Of a DNA stretch of 64,000 bases, positions 29,311 to 38,983 are shown one piece after another. The DNA is taken from assembly GCA_027491915.1 (NCBI GenBank), contig JAOZGC010000002.1:32001-96000 (forward strand), read 5' to 3'. Both the position numbers and the translations under genes were made by a program. The stretch's first letter is position 1, and every line of letters starts with the position of its first letter. The notes beneath the pieces are model-generated. The model was not told where the DNA came from, ran no database searches, and saw only the letters and a program-made list of their open reading frames with translations. The stretch comes from Thermoproteota archaeon. Its GTDB lineage: Archaea; Korarchaeota; Korarchaeia; Korarchaeales; Korarchaeaceae.

Positions 29311-30117
29311 TCAATCCCGCAGCATCTTGCGTCCCACCACCAGGAACGCGGTGTGGCCGATCATCCTGGCCGAGGGCCTGGTCCTCCTCTCGTCGACGTC
29401 GTACTCCCTATCAAGTATCTCGTGGACCTCTATCAATCCGAAGCCCTCCTCCCTCGCCGCGTTGACGAGCTTTGGTATCTGCTCGCAAGATGGGATCAGC
29501 GCGGCAAAGGGTCTCCCTGGCTTGAGGGCCCGCCAAGCGGAGGACAGCGCGTTCCAGGGATCACCTATGTCTATAAAGAAGGAATCGACCTCCTCCTCAA
29601 CCACGTCGGATGTGATGTCCCCGAGCTTGAATTCCACGTTGGTCGCGCCCAGCCTTTCGAGGTTCTTCTTGGCCAGCTTAAGAAATCTATCATCTATCTC
29701 ATAGGTTACGACCCTGCCGCTCCCACCAACAGCCCTCGATAGGGCGAACGCCAGAGCCCCAGAGCCGGTCCCCCCCTCAACCACGACGTCCCCTGGCTTG
29801 ACGTCCGCTCTCATCAGCAAGAAGGCAATATCCTTCGGATAGGCTATCTGCGTCTTCCTCGGAAATTTCTCTATTACCTCAGCCGCCGTGGGCGGTAAGA
29901 CGAGGACGCGATCTCCGCGGCTGGTCTTGGTGGAGGTCCCCCACTCCGCCCCTATCAGATCTCCGAGATCCACGAATCCCCTGTGGGTATGAAATCTCTC
30001 CCTCCTCACCCTGACCAGGTACTTCTTCGGCCCACCTCTCCTTCGCTCGAGGACCAGCAGAGCCAGGTCTTCCTCCTTGATAGGCAATTCCCACCGCACT
30101 CTCCACTTTCCTCCCAC
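29311..30117 (-). CDS. trmI: tRNA (adenine-57/58 N1)-methyltransferase
   Basis: FHTHRG, RKTQIAYPKD, EGGTGSGAL, DIGDPW, RPSARMIGHTAFL. Confidence 0.95.
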   Translation of the reverse strand: MGGKWRVRWELPIKEEDLALLVLERRRGGPKKYLVRVRRERFHTHRGFVDLGDLIGAEWGTSTKTSRGDRVLVLPPTAAEVIEKFPRKTQIAYPKDIAFLLMRADVKPGDVVVEGGTGSGALAFALSRAVGGSGRVVTYEIDDRFLKLAKKNLERLGATNVEFKLGDITSDVVEEEVDSFFIDIGDPWNALSSAWRALKPGRPFAALIPSCEQIPKLVNAAREEGFGLIEVHEILDREYDVDERRTRPSARMIGHTAFLVVGRKMLRD

Positions 30118-30328
30118 CCTTTTGAACTTTTCACTGCTCTCTTGACCCGCGTCCCCTACCGGGAGTTCAAACAGGCAGCCGCGCGATCAGCCCCCTCCCC
30201 CGGGCGTCCATCGGCGTCGACGAGCGGCGAACCTGAAAACATTTTTATTCGCCTGCCGCCTTATGTTGGTGGGGTCCCCCTCGGTGGGCGGGCCTCTCCC
30301 GGTCAGCCTCTGACTGCGATGCGGGGGA

Positions 30329-30571
30329 GTGAGTTTGAAGGTCTTGTTGGATGCCCACCTGAGGATCTTACGGAAACTCGAACGTGCCGGCGACGACGGT
30401 CTGGTCGCGTCCGAACTCGTCCCGGACAGGGTGGCAAGGGATTTCGTGCTCAAATTCCTTTATTCTAACGGTCTGATAGACAGGAGGAGGAGGTTCAGAG
30501 GCGAGAGGATCTTCATAACGAGTAAAGGGCTCCATCTTCTTAAGACCTTCGGCGACGGGGGCCGGATATAG
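30329..30571 (+). CDS. Small winged-helix protein
   Basis: LKFLYSNGLI...IFITSKGLHLL wHTH wing signature. Confidence 0.7.
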   Translation: MSLKVLLDAHLRILRKLERAGDDGLVASELVPDRVARDFVLKFLYSNGLIDRRRRFRGERIFITSKGLHLLKTFGDGGRI

Positions 30572-30607
30572 GCCCCCCTCCCCTAATTTTCTCTTCCGGG
30601 GATCCGC

Positions 30608-32392
30608 TTGGCGCACTTCACCGTCCGCGCCAGAGACGCCGCCGCCAGGTTGGGGCGGCTATCGACCGGGCATGGTACCCTGGACACCCCCCTGCTCTAC
30701 CCGGTGTACAATCCTAATCAACCGTTAGTCAGTCCGAGGGAGATGAGGGAGGCCGGCGCCCAGGCGATCATGACGAATTCCTACATCCTCTACAAGAGCG
30801 GGCACCTAAGAGAGGCGGCCCTAGAGAGGGGGGTACACGGTCTCTTGGACTTCGATGGCGTGGTGGCAACCGACTCCGGGGCGTATCAGCTCTACAGGTA
30901 TGGCAAGATTGACGTCTCGAACTTGGACGTGATAAGATTCCAGCATGCCATAGGGGCCGACGTGGGGAGTATAGTAGACGTTCCCATGTCCGACAGGATC
31001 GGCAGGGAGGAGGCGGAGCGGGGCGTCGCCAAGACCATAGAGGCCGCGAGAGAGTGGGCCAGCATCAGGGACGAGTTGGAGGGCACCCTCTGGATCGGAA
31101 CACCTCAGGGTTCCGTGTATCAGGACCTGGCGGAGAGGGCGGCGCGGGAACTGGCCAGCCTCCCCTTCGACTACTATGGCGTCGGCTCGCTCAAGATCGC
31201 CCTAGAGGAGTACAGGTACTCGACCCAGGTGGATCACTTTATCGCGGTTAGACGGAGGCTCCCAGCGGGGAAGCCCGTCCACTTCTGGGGGGTAGGACAC
31301 CCGTCGACCTTCGCCCTGTTCGCGGCCATGGGCGCCGACAGCTTCGACTCGGCCGCCTACGCCCTATTTGCACGGGACTTGCGCTACATGACGCCGGAGG
31401 GCACCCTTACACTCGGTGAGATAGAAGAATTTCCCTGCTCATGCCCGATATGTTCAAAATATGATCCGAAAGATCTGAAAAACATGCCAAGAGAGGAGGC
31501 CGTTCGCCTGATCGCCCTTCACAATCTGTACGTCTCCTTCTCTGAGATGAGGAGGGTGAGGGAGGCCATAAGGGGGGGTTGGCTCTGGGAACTGGTTCAG
31601 GAGAGGGTGCGCTCCCACCCGAGGCTGTTGGAGGCCTTATACAGGCTGCTCTCCGGTCACTCAGACTATCTGGAGGAGAGAGAGCCCTTCACCAAGAGGA
31701 CCGGTCTCTTCTACTCTGGGATCGAGACTGCCATGAGGCCTGAGGTCGTGAGGGCGCGGAGATTGCTCAATAGATTTGACGGGGGAAGGAAAATAAGGAT
31801 CCCCTTATTTGGGGAGGTCCCGGTCGGACTGAGGTATACCTACCCCTTCGGTCATATTTCGGCGCCCTCGTGGGATGAAAGGGGCATCTTGGATCCAGAT
31901 CCCACTGAGATTCTGACGTCGGTGCTCACGTACCAATTCGGCTCCGAGGCCAAGCTGGCCTTCTCCGATCCCAGGGTCGAGACCTCAAAATCGACCGGGA
32001 TGCCGAGGAACGTCTACGACGGGGGCGTGAGGGTTGGGATGATAAGACCTGGGGATGGGCTCTTTGTTCCCAGCATAGAGGGGGCCAAGAGGCTGCTGCG
32101 GGTCCTGCCGAGGCCCAGGGGACGGGTTGTCGTGGCCGAAGAGGCAGCCGACATGGTCTCTAGGGGAACTTCGGTCTTCACCCAGTTCGTCGAGGATGCG
32201 GATCCCTCCATTAGGCCCTACACCGAGGTTATGATCGTCGATCCGGGGGACAGGCTGTTGGCCACAGGAAAGACGATCCTGTCGGCTTTTGAGGTGCCAG
32301 AATTTCCTCCAGGGCAGGTGTTCGTCAGAGTAAGGCACCACATACTGCCTAGGAGATCCAAGAACAGGGGAGATAGTCCAGAAAAATCCTAG
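30608..32392 (+). CDS. tgtA: Archaeosine tRNA-guanine(15) transglycosylase with PUA domain
   Basis: TDSGAYQ, DSFDSAAY, CSCPIC, HNL, RSHP, C-terminal PUA. Confidence 0.96.
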   Translation: MAHFTVRARDAAARLGRLSTGHGTLDTPLLYPVYNPNQPLVSPREMREAGAQAIMTNSYILYKSGHLREAALERGVHGLLDFDGVVATDSGAYQLYRYGKIDVSNLDVIRFQHAIGADVGSIVDVPMSDRIGREEAERGVAKTIEAAREWASIRDELEGTLWIGTPQGSVYQDLAERAARELASLPFDYYGVGSLKIALEEYRYSTQVDHFIAVRRRLPAGKPVHFWGVGHPSTFALFAAMGADSFDSAAYALFARDLRYMTPEGTLTLGEIEEFPCSCPICSKYDPKDLKNMPREEAVRLIALHNLYVSFSEMRRVREAIRGGWLWELVQERVRSHPRLLEALYRLLSGHSDYLEEREPFTKRTGLFYSGIETAMRPEVVRARRLLNRFDGGRKIRIPLFGEVPVGLRYTYPFGHISAPSWDERGILDPDPTEILTSVLTYQFGSEAKLAFSDPRVETSKSTGMPRNVYDGGVRVGMIRPGDGLFVPSIEGAKRLLRVLPRPRGRVVVAEEAADMVSRGTSVFTQFVEDADPSIRPYTEVMIVDPGDRLLATGKTILSAFEVPEFPPGQVFVRVRHHILPRRSKNRGDSPEKS

Positions 32393-32949
32393 AGGGGCAA
32401 AAAACACCTCTTAAGAAGACTCAGGGCCTCCCTTCTGACTCTCTCGTTGATCCTCAGCATAACCATTCCCATCGAGGGCTGCCCGTATGCCACCCACCAC
32501 CCATCTGGTGCCAGTATTACGGCAGGAAACCCAAGCAGATCTTCCTCCCCCTCTACTATTATACCTACCCTCTCACCGACCGAGGCTAGATCTATGGCCT
32601 CTCTCACCGCCGACCACGCTTCCCTGGTTATGGTCCCACTTGGATTGGCCACTTCTATGATCCTTCTTCCAGCGAGCAGGGTAGGAGAGGGGGAGACCGG
32701 GATCCTCCCTTCCTTAAGATCGAGTATCGCCACCCCGATCCCGAGCCCGGCGTCCGAGAGCACCCTGCTCACTCTGTCTCCCACCGATATGAGGAGACCA
32801 CCTTTCAGATCCCCCTCGCCGGGCGGCGAGGTCTTAATGGGTCCTCTGGGCCTTTTGAGGATGTCTCTGCACTCTCTACTCAATCTCAGGCTCTTCTTCA
32901 GATCTCTTGGTCCCATGAATTTTTCACCGAACTCTGGGGGACATTCCAT
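32389..32949 (-). CDS. GTP-dependent dephospho-CoA kinase (DUF359)
   Basis: SVGDRVS, VANPSGTIT, VEGEEDLL, YGQPSMGMV. ORF-track start lies inside tRNA-Pro; ATG 32949 or 32916 used instead. Confidence 0.88.
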   Translation of the reverse strand: MECPPEFGEKFMGPRDLKKSLRLSRECRDILKRPRGPIKTSPPGEGDLKGGLLISVGDRVSRVLSDAGLGIGVAILDLKEGRIPVSPSPTLLAGRRIIEVANPSGTITREAWSAVREAIDLASVGERVGIIVEGEEDLLGFPAVILAPDGWWVAYGQPSMGMVMLRINERVRREALSLLKRCFLPL

Positions 32950-32959
32950 CCGCCTAATT

Positions 32960-33038
32960 TGGTGGGGCCGCCGGGATTTGAACCCGGGACCACCGGCGCC
33001 CCAGGCCGGCATCCTAAACCATGCTAGACCACGGCCCC
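32960..33038 (-). tRNA. tRNA-Pro(GGG), CCA encoded
   Basis: Reverse complement GGGGCCG...CCGGC-CTGGGGC-GCCGG...CCGGG-TTCAAAT-CCCGG-CGGCCCC-ACCA. Confidence 0.96.
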
Positions 33039-33156
33039 GGAGAGCGATTGGGTCGACGACTTATAATCGCACCGCACCGCGCCGGCCCCGTCTCGATCCC
33101 CGAAACTATTCCAACCCACCAGTGATAGAACCTCTCCCTCCAAGATCGCGGCCGGG

Positions 33157-34569
33157 ATGAGCGCCGACCTCGCGCTGGTGGAGGAGATGACGAATGAGTT
33201 CCTTCGTACCCTGTCGGCGGCCTCCATCCCACCGGAATGGAAGCTCTCTCTGATCGCAGATCCCTGGGGTTCCTACGATAGGTTCAGGAAAAAGCGTCCC
33301 CGCGACTTCCTGAACATGCCCATCCCTCCTAGGATCAACAGACCGCCAGGTTGCGGCGGAGAAGATGGAGCCCCCTTTTCTTGGAGACCCTCAGAAGGGA
33401 AATCGGTACTCTTCCTACCCCGATCACTGTGCGTCGGGGCAGTGATACTCGTCAAGTTCTTGGCCGCAAAATTGGAGGGGAACTATCCGGATCCAGAAAC
33501 CAGGGATTTAACCGAGGTGTTGAACTACAGGGAGAGGTTAGCCCGTGAAATGCTCAGGTCGTGGGGTCTCCCCAGAGATGAAGGGCTCATAAGGGAGGGC
33601 GTTCTGAGGAGCACCAAGCTCTGGCCCTTTTTGGCCATCCTGTTGGACGATAGGGTCACCGAGGTATACGCGTCCGTCGGGAGGTCTCCGGTGATAGATC
33701 ACCTAGACCTCGGTAGGAGGGAGGTCGCGAACCTGAAATTCGATGACGCCGCCTTCTTCAAGCTGAAGACGATCGCAGACTCCTCTCCCTTCACGATCTT
33801 GGATCAACTGCACCCCTCAGCCAAGGTTGATCTGGGCGTTGGGAACATCAGGGCTAGAATCTCGTTGGATATGGATCCTTTCTCCCCACCTTCGGTCGAC
33901 ATTAGAAACCTCTCCGCCCTGCGATCTCTCTCAATACCAAGGCTGATATCCGGCGGCTATCTGGATCCGAGAGACGCTTCAGAGTTGATCAGGGGGCTCG
34001 TGGTGGGTAGGCCGACTCTGGTAGTCGGCCCCACCGGTTCTGGAAAGACGACCCTGTGCAACGCCATCCTCTCCTGCTTACCTCCGGGCTGGAGGGTGTT
34101 GAGCGTCGAGCTGGTTCGAGAGATAGAGGATAAGGAAAATCACGGTCTCATGCACCAGAGGTTCGTGGCCAAGAACAGGTCGAAGGAAGATATCCTCATA
34201 GACCTGCTGCACAGGAACCCAGATCTAGCTTTCATGGGGGAGATACTCGACAAGTCTCATGCCGAGGCCTTCGCCTCGGCGGCCGACGCTGGCCTGAGGA
34301 CGCTGGCCACCACGCACGCCAGGGATCCGGATTCTCTACTTAGGCGGTGGAAGAGGTGGCACCTGGCCGAAACGGTTCTGGAATCCAACTTGGCTATCAT
34401 GGGCAGAAATCGGGCTTTATTAGGGATATTCCGCTTTAAATCTGACAAGTTTATCAGGATAAGGGCGGCTCGCGACGAACTCTCGGACATCCTCTCCAGT
34501 CTCCCCGGGCACCTGACCAACAGGGAAACCGCCGAGGCGCTGATCGGGTATTGGAGGAGGCAAAAATGA
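33157..34569 (+). CDS. Type II/IV secretion-system ATPase (TadA/VirB11-like, divergent)
   Basis: LDDRVTEVY, GPTGSGKTT, SVELVREI, HRNPDLAFMGEI, LATTHA. Confidence 0.85.
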   Translation: MSADLALVEEMTNEFLRTLSAASIPPEWKLSLIADPWGSYDRFRKKRPRDFLNMPIPPRINRPPGCGGEDGAPFSWRPSEGKSVLFLPRSLCVGAVILVKFLAAKLEGNYPDPETRDLTEVLNYRERLAREMLRSWGLPRDEGLIREGVLRSTKLWPFLAILLDDRVTEVYASVGRSPVIDHLDLGRREVANLKFDDAAFFKLKTIADSSPFTILDQLHPSAKVDLGVGNIRARISLDMDPFSPPSVDIRNLSALRSLSIPRLISGGYLDPRDASELIRGLVVGRPTLVVGPTGSGKTTLCNAILSCLPPGWRVLSVELVREIEDKENHGLMHQRFVAKNRSKEDILIDLLHRNPDLAFMGEILDKSHAEAFASAADAGLRTLATTHARDPDSLLRRWKRWHLAETVLESNLAIMGRNRALLGIFRFKSDKFIRIRAARDELSDILSSLPGHLTNRETAEALIGYWRRQK

Positions 34570-35596
34570 ACAGGTGGCCCCCCAAAATAAAAAAAGAACT
34601 TTCAGAGGTGAAATCAGCCTATGGGTTAACGGTCGGTAGACAGATTTCCCTGATAGCTTCCCTCTACTCCTCTTCTAGGGCGGCCGACAGTCCGCTGAGG
34701 GAAACGCTGAATAGGTTGAGGATGGCATATCTGGTAGAGGGCACCATTCCGAGGGACCTCCTCCAGCGAATTCCCCTAGGTCTGCTCGGCCAGCTCTCGA
34801 CCGCCTACTCCGGTGTCTCGGTAGGGCTATATTCCGGCCTGCTGGCCTCGCTCAGATCTTATCTGAGAGAATTGGAGACCCGCCTGGGATTGATCATAAC
34901 TGGGGGTTTCGGGGGCCTTATCTTCCTGACTTCCTTGGGTGCCGTGGGCCTGATCCCGAGGATACTTTTCGTTGCGTTGGCCACCCTCTTCTCTCTTGCG
35001 TTCCTCCTCTTGAAATGGGAGGAGATAGGTCTTCCACCTGGGGGGATCCGAGCATCCTTGAAGATCTCGCCGAGGCGATTTCCGCTGGCGAGTCTCCGGT
35101 CAGGAGGATCCTCTCATCCGAGGGCTGGGATCCTATCACCTTCACGATCTCGGAGGCTTCCATCACTTCTGGGGATGTCATATCCAATTTCTCCTCGAGA
35201 TTCGGCGGGTTCTCGGGTCTTATCGAGGTGGAGGCGTCCGCGGTGCATAACGAAAAAACTCCAACTATATTGATAGAAACGGCTAAAATATTAAGAGAAT
35301 TTGGGGCGATAGAGCGGGAGGCGCAGGGAATACTCAGGGTAAAAAGATCCGTGTTCAGAGTAGTGTCCCTGCTCTCTGGATTCATACTCGCCGAGGTAAT
35401 CAGAGCCGGTCAGATCGTTGGTTCCTCACTTGGCGTCTCAGACGGAGGCTCGGAGTGGATGATACCGCCTCTGATTGGTGTGGAGATCTCGGTCCTCCTT
35501 TCTGCCGCCCGAGCCCTAGACGACTCTCCTCTGTGGGCCGCCCTAGCGTTGATACCGACTATCCTGATCCTGATAGCGTCCGGGTCAACATTATGA
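34566..35596 (+). CDS. TadB/TadC-like membrane platform protein, interrupted by a frameshift near 35040
   Basis: Two overlapping ORFs (34566.. and 35015..35596), each with a helical domain plus TM segments; they join in frame if G6 at 35040-35045 were G7. Confidence 0.6.
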
Positions 35597-35967
35597 TTGG
35601 ACCGCCCCTGGCAGCAGCCGAAGGGGTCATCGCCGCTCTGTTGGACATTAAGACTGGAAAGATAAATAACAAATTCATTTTAGTGGCCATATTATTAAAC
35701 CTATTTTCTTATCATATAGATGAACCAAACATCGTACCAAATATAATATATTGGATCTTAATGGCGATCATCCTGTCAAAATTTAAATTTTCTTGGGGAG
35801 ACATAAAATACGCCTTTCTCTATACACTGATCCTGGATCCCAGATCATATTTCCTCTGGATCGACCTGGTGCTCTTCGGCTCGCTCTTGACGGGATCCCT
35901 CTTTCGGAAGGTCTCCTTTCCAGTGGTCGGGTTGGTGAGCTTCTTCGCCCTCCAGCTCCTCGATTGA
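35593..35967 (+). CDS. Minimal prepilin peptidase (A24 family)
   Basis: Two catalytic Asp motifs, LDIKTGKINN and SWGDIK; hydrophobic; ATGA overlap with the upstream stop. Confidence 0.8.
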   Translation: MIGPPLAAAEGVIAALLDIKTGKINNKFILVAILLNLFSYHIDEPNIVPNIIYWILMAIILSKFKFSWGDIKYAFLYTLILDPRSYFLWIDLVLFGSLLTGSLFRKVSFPVVGLVSFFALQLLD

Positions 35968-36034
35968 CATTTTCTCGTCGGGAAAAATATTCTGACCACA
36001 ACCTGAGATATTCCCCCCAGGGAATTATTGGACG

Positions 36035-36310
36035 ATGAGAATGGGGTCGCGTCTTGTGGAGAAGCTGCAGGAGATGCTGAGAGACGAGAGGGGGGTGACA
36101 GAGGTCCTAGATGAGGCCCTCTTGGTGGCCCTGGGGATAGCCCTATTCATAGGAGTCATAGTGTCACCCATATCCGGGATCTTTGACTTCATATGGAATC
36201 TGCCGGATATAACTGAGCAGGGATTTCAGGCCTTTGTGGATCAACTATCAAAATTAACTCAGGCTTCTGGCCTATTCCCCCACATTCTCTCCCCTCTATC
36301 CCCCTATTGA
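36035..36310 (+). CDS. Putative pilin with class III signal peptide (Flp-like leader)
   Basis: LRDERG followed by VTEVLDEALLVALGIALFIGVIV hydrophobic helix; follows the prepilin peptidase. Confidence 0.7.
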   Translation: MRMGSRLVEKLQEMLRDERGVTEVLDEALLVALGIALFIGVIVSPISGIFDFIWNLPDITEQGFQAFVDQLSKLTQASGLFPHILSPLSPY

Positions 36311-36350
36311 ATGCTAAAATTAATATCTCCCCCGAACATGTGAGACGATC

Positions 36351-37055
36351 GTGAGACCGACCCTGTCCGTGGTGATACCCACCTACAACGAGGAGCTCAT
36401 CCTGGCCAGGTGCCTTGCCGCCCTGAGGAATCAGGACGTCCAGATGGAGATCTTGGTAGTCGATGGAGGGAGCTCTGATTCCACCGTCGATGTCGCCGCG
36501 AAGTGGGCCGATGAGGTCATAGTCTCCCGAGAGGCCGATTCTCCCGCCGCCGCCAGAAACATGGGGGCCGAGGCGGCGTCCGGGGACGTGATAGCCTTCG
36601 TGGACGCTGACACCGTCGTGGCCGAAGGTTGGGCCCAGGCAATCTTGGGCGACTTCTCCGACGAATCGGTGGTTGGCGTCACCGGGCCGGTTCTCCCCCT
36701 ATCGCCTGCGAGCTTTTGGGAGGTGTTAGGTCACCTGCTCTCATACGACATCTTCGTCAGACTCACCATGCTCGTCGGAAGGGCCCACATGCTGGGATTG
36801 AACGTCGCTTACAGGAGGGACTTCTTCCTTGACGTGGGGGGTTTCCCCCCATTCGATCTGTCGGAGGACGTGATGCTGTCGTCGATCGTCTCGAAGATCG
36901 GCAAGGTATTATTCGACCGGAGAATGGTCGCTTATACCTCTCCCAGGCGCCTCAGGAAGATGGGGGTGGGTTGGTCCTCCTACTACCTCTTCTTCAACGG
37001 TCTCAAGACGCTGGCGGGCCTCAAGCCGGAGGACTACTACCCGAAGGTCAGGTGA
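36351..37055 (+). CDS. Glycosyltransferase family 2
   Basis: SVVIPTYNE, VDGGSSD, ARNMG, FVDAD, SED, TSPRR. Confidence 0.93.
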   Translation: MRPTLSVVIPTYNEELILARCLAALRNQDVQMEILVVDGGSSDSTVDVAAKWADEVIVSREADSPAAARNMGAEAASGDVIAFVDADTVVAEGWAQAILGDFSDESVVGVTGPVLPLSPASFWEVLGHLLSYDIFVRLTMLVGRAHMLGLNVAYRRDFFLDVGGFPPFDLSEDVMLSSIVSKIGKVLFDRRMVAYTSPRRLRKMGVGWSSYYLFFNGLKTLAGLKPEDYYPKVR

Positions 37056-37078
37056 GGGCTTATTTAAGCAATCCGCAA

Positions 37079-37090
37079 ATTTTATATATC
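37079..37090 (+). promoter_or_regulatory. TATA box upstream of tfb
   Basis: TTTTTATATA about 30-40 nt upstream of the predicted start. Confidence 0.5.
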
Positions 37091-37118
37091 GGCTAATGCG
37101 ATCTAGATCTGGAGACTT

Positions 37119-38108
37119 TTGGGGGGAATCGAGACGGAAGAGGGCGAGGGTGGTGCCGACCGGAGAGAGGGAGGACCACTGTCTCCGGAGGTTCTGTCTT
37201 GTCCCAGGTGTGGGAGCACCGAGATAATCCACGACCCCGAGACGGGGGAGATGTTCTGCGCCAGCTGCGGATTCGTGTTGAGGACCGGGCTGCCCGACTC
37301 TAGCAAGGATTGGAGGGCCTTCGACGTTGACGAGTACATGAACAGGGCGCACACCGGCGCGCCGGTGACGCCGACCAGGCCGGGTTATGGCCTAGATACC
37401 GACATAATGATGACCAGCGGCGGCCTCAGCCGCAAGACCATCCAAATACTCCGGAGAACCCACAGGCACGTGAGCGACCCGAAGGAGAAGACCATAGAAC
37501 CGGCACTCAGGAAGATAAGGCAGGCGGCCGAATCCCTCAAGCTCCCTCCCGAGACCGTCCAAGACGCGGCGATGCTCTACAGGGCGGCGGCCAGGGCCGG
37601 GCTGGTTAAGGGGAGGAGCATGGACGCCATGGTCGCGGCGGTGCTCTACGCTTCCTGCAGGAGGACGGAGATACCCAGGACCTTGGAGGAGGTGGCCTCC
37701 CTCTTCAACCTGAAGGAGAAGGAGGTGGGCCGGAACTTCAGGTTCCTCTTCAGGAAGCTCGGGATCCAGATACCCCCTCCCAAGCCGGAGAATTTCGTCT
37801 ACACCATCTGCGCCAACCTCGGTCTCTCCGAGAGGATCGCCACGCAGGCTGTCCGCATACTGAAGCTCTCCAGGGAGAAGGGGGCCATAATGGGAAGGGA
37901 GCCTGTCGGGGTGGCGGCCGCCGCCATATACATGGCCAGTCAACAGTTCGGCGAGCACAGAACGCAGAGGGAGCTGGCCCAGGCAGCCGGGGTAACAGAG
38001 GTCACCGTCAGGAACAGGTACAAGGAGCTCATGAAGAAGATAGGTCACCTGATAGCGGAGGAGAGGGAGGAGACCATAGAGGGAGGAGGGGAATCCCGGG
38101 AGCGGTGA
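37119..38108 (+). CDS. tfb: Transcription initiation factor IIB (TFB)
   Basis: Zn ribbon CPRCG...CASCG, WRAF, two cyclin repeats (KGRS..., GREP.GVAAA), VTEVTVRNRYKEL. Confidence 0.97.
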   Translation: MGGIETEEGEGGADRREGGPLSPEVLSCPRCGSTEIIHDPETGEMFCASCGFVLRTGLPDSSKDWRAFDVDEYMNRAHTGAPVTPTRPGYGLDTDIMMTSGGLSRKTIQILRRTHRHVSDPKEKTIEPALRKIRQAAESLKLPPETVQDAAMLYRAAARAGLVKGRSMDAMVAAVLYASCRRTEIPRTLEEVASLFNLKEKEVGRNFRFLFRKLGIQIPPPKPENFVYTICANLGLSERIATQAVRILKLSREKGAIMGREPVGVAAAAIYMASQQFGEHRTQRELAQAAGVTEVTVRNRYKELMKKIGHLIAEEREETIEGGGESRER

Positions 38109-38171
38109 AGGGAGGCTAAGATGAAGGAGGATGGAGGGCGGCGCGGGTAGAGGAAAGCGGGAGGGGATCTC

Positions 38172-38318
38172 GTGTACGTCTGCGTGAGGTGCGGCTACGT
38201 CTTCACCAAGGAGGAGATGGAGGAGTTCTTCAGGCGGGACTTCAAGTGTCCCAGGTGCGGCTATAGAATCCTGAGGAAGGTCAGGAAGGAGGTCCCCAAG
38301 AGGGTGAAGGCCGTCTGA
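38172..38318 (+). CDS. rpoP: RNA polymerase subunit P (Rpo12)
   Basis: Manual translation from GTG after GGAGGGG: MYVCVRCG...FKCPRCGYRILRKVRKEVPKRVKAV (48 aa, too short for the ORF track). Confidence 0.92.
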   Translation: MYVCVRCGYVFTKEEMEEFFRRDFKCPRCGYRILRKVRKEVPKRVKAV

Positions 38319-38340
38319 GTCCCGTCTCCGGGGGACCGCC

Positions 38341-38901
38341 ATGAAGATAGGAGGGTTTGCAAAAGAACTGTACTTTCTGGCCATAATTTTTATAGTATTT
38401 TATGTAACTTTCAATATATTGATGCCATTTTTCCTCGGTGTCGACAACCCAATAGCCACTGTCAACGGACCCTCCATGGAACCCACTTTCCACGACGGAG
38501 ACCTGGTGATACTGGCTGGCGTCCGACCGGAGGACATAAAGGTGGGCGACGTGATCGTCTACTCGGCCAGCTGGGCCGGGGGAGAGGACGTCATACACAG
38601 GGTGGTCTCGATAGAGGAGAGAGGTGGAACTTACCTTTTCAGGGTTCAGGGAGACAACAGGGAGACCAATCCCGTCCCAGATCCGGGTTACGTCACCCCC
38701 GACGAGATAAGAGGAAAGGTTATTGTTGGGGGAATCCCCATGGCCGGGAGGCTGCTCTCCATCGTTCAGAGTCTTCCCGGCAGGGTGACCGTGATGGCCC
38801 TCTTGGCCTCCCTGCTGATAAAGGATTACGTCGATTACAAGAGGAAGTCCGAATCGGGCGGCCCTCGGGACGCGGGAGAACCAACCCTACTGGAATCTTG
38901 A
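38341..38901 (+). CDS. sec11: Signal peptidase I (Sec11 type)
   Basis: GPSMEP, GDVIVY, VIHRV, QGDN...PD. Confidence 0.93.
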   Translation: MKIGGFAKELYFLAIIFIVFYVTFNILMPFFLGVDNPIATVNGPSMEPTFHDGDLVILAGVRPEDIKVGDVIVYSASWAGGEDVIHRVVSIEERGGTYLFRVQGDNRETNPVPDPGYVTPDEIRGKVIVGGIPMAGRLLSIVQSLPGRVTVMALLASLLIKDYVDYKRKSESGGPRDAGEPTLLES

Positions 38902-38943
38902 GGGGGCGAATTCCGTTCTGGGGATCTCCCCCACGGACGGGGA

Positions 38944-38953
38944 TTTATATATA
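38944..38953 (+). promoter_or_regulatory. TATA box upstream of tbp
   Basis: TTTATATATA, with a second AATATAAA at about 38960, upstream of the start. Confidence 0.5.
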
Positions 38954-38983
38954 CTCCCAAATATAAAGACCAGGTCGGTCAAC

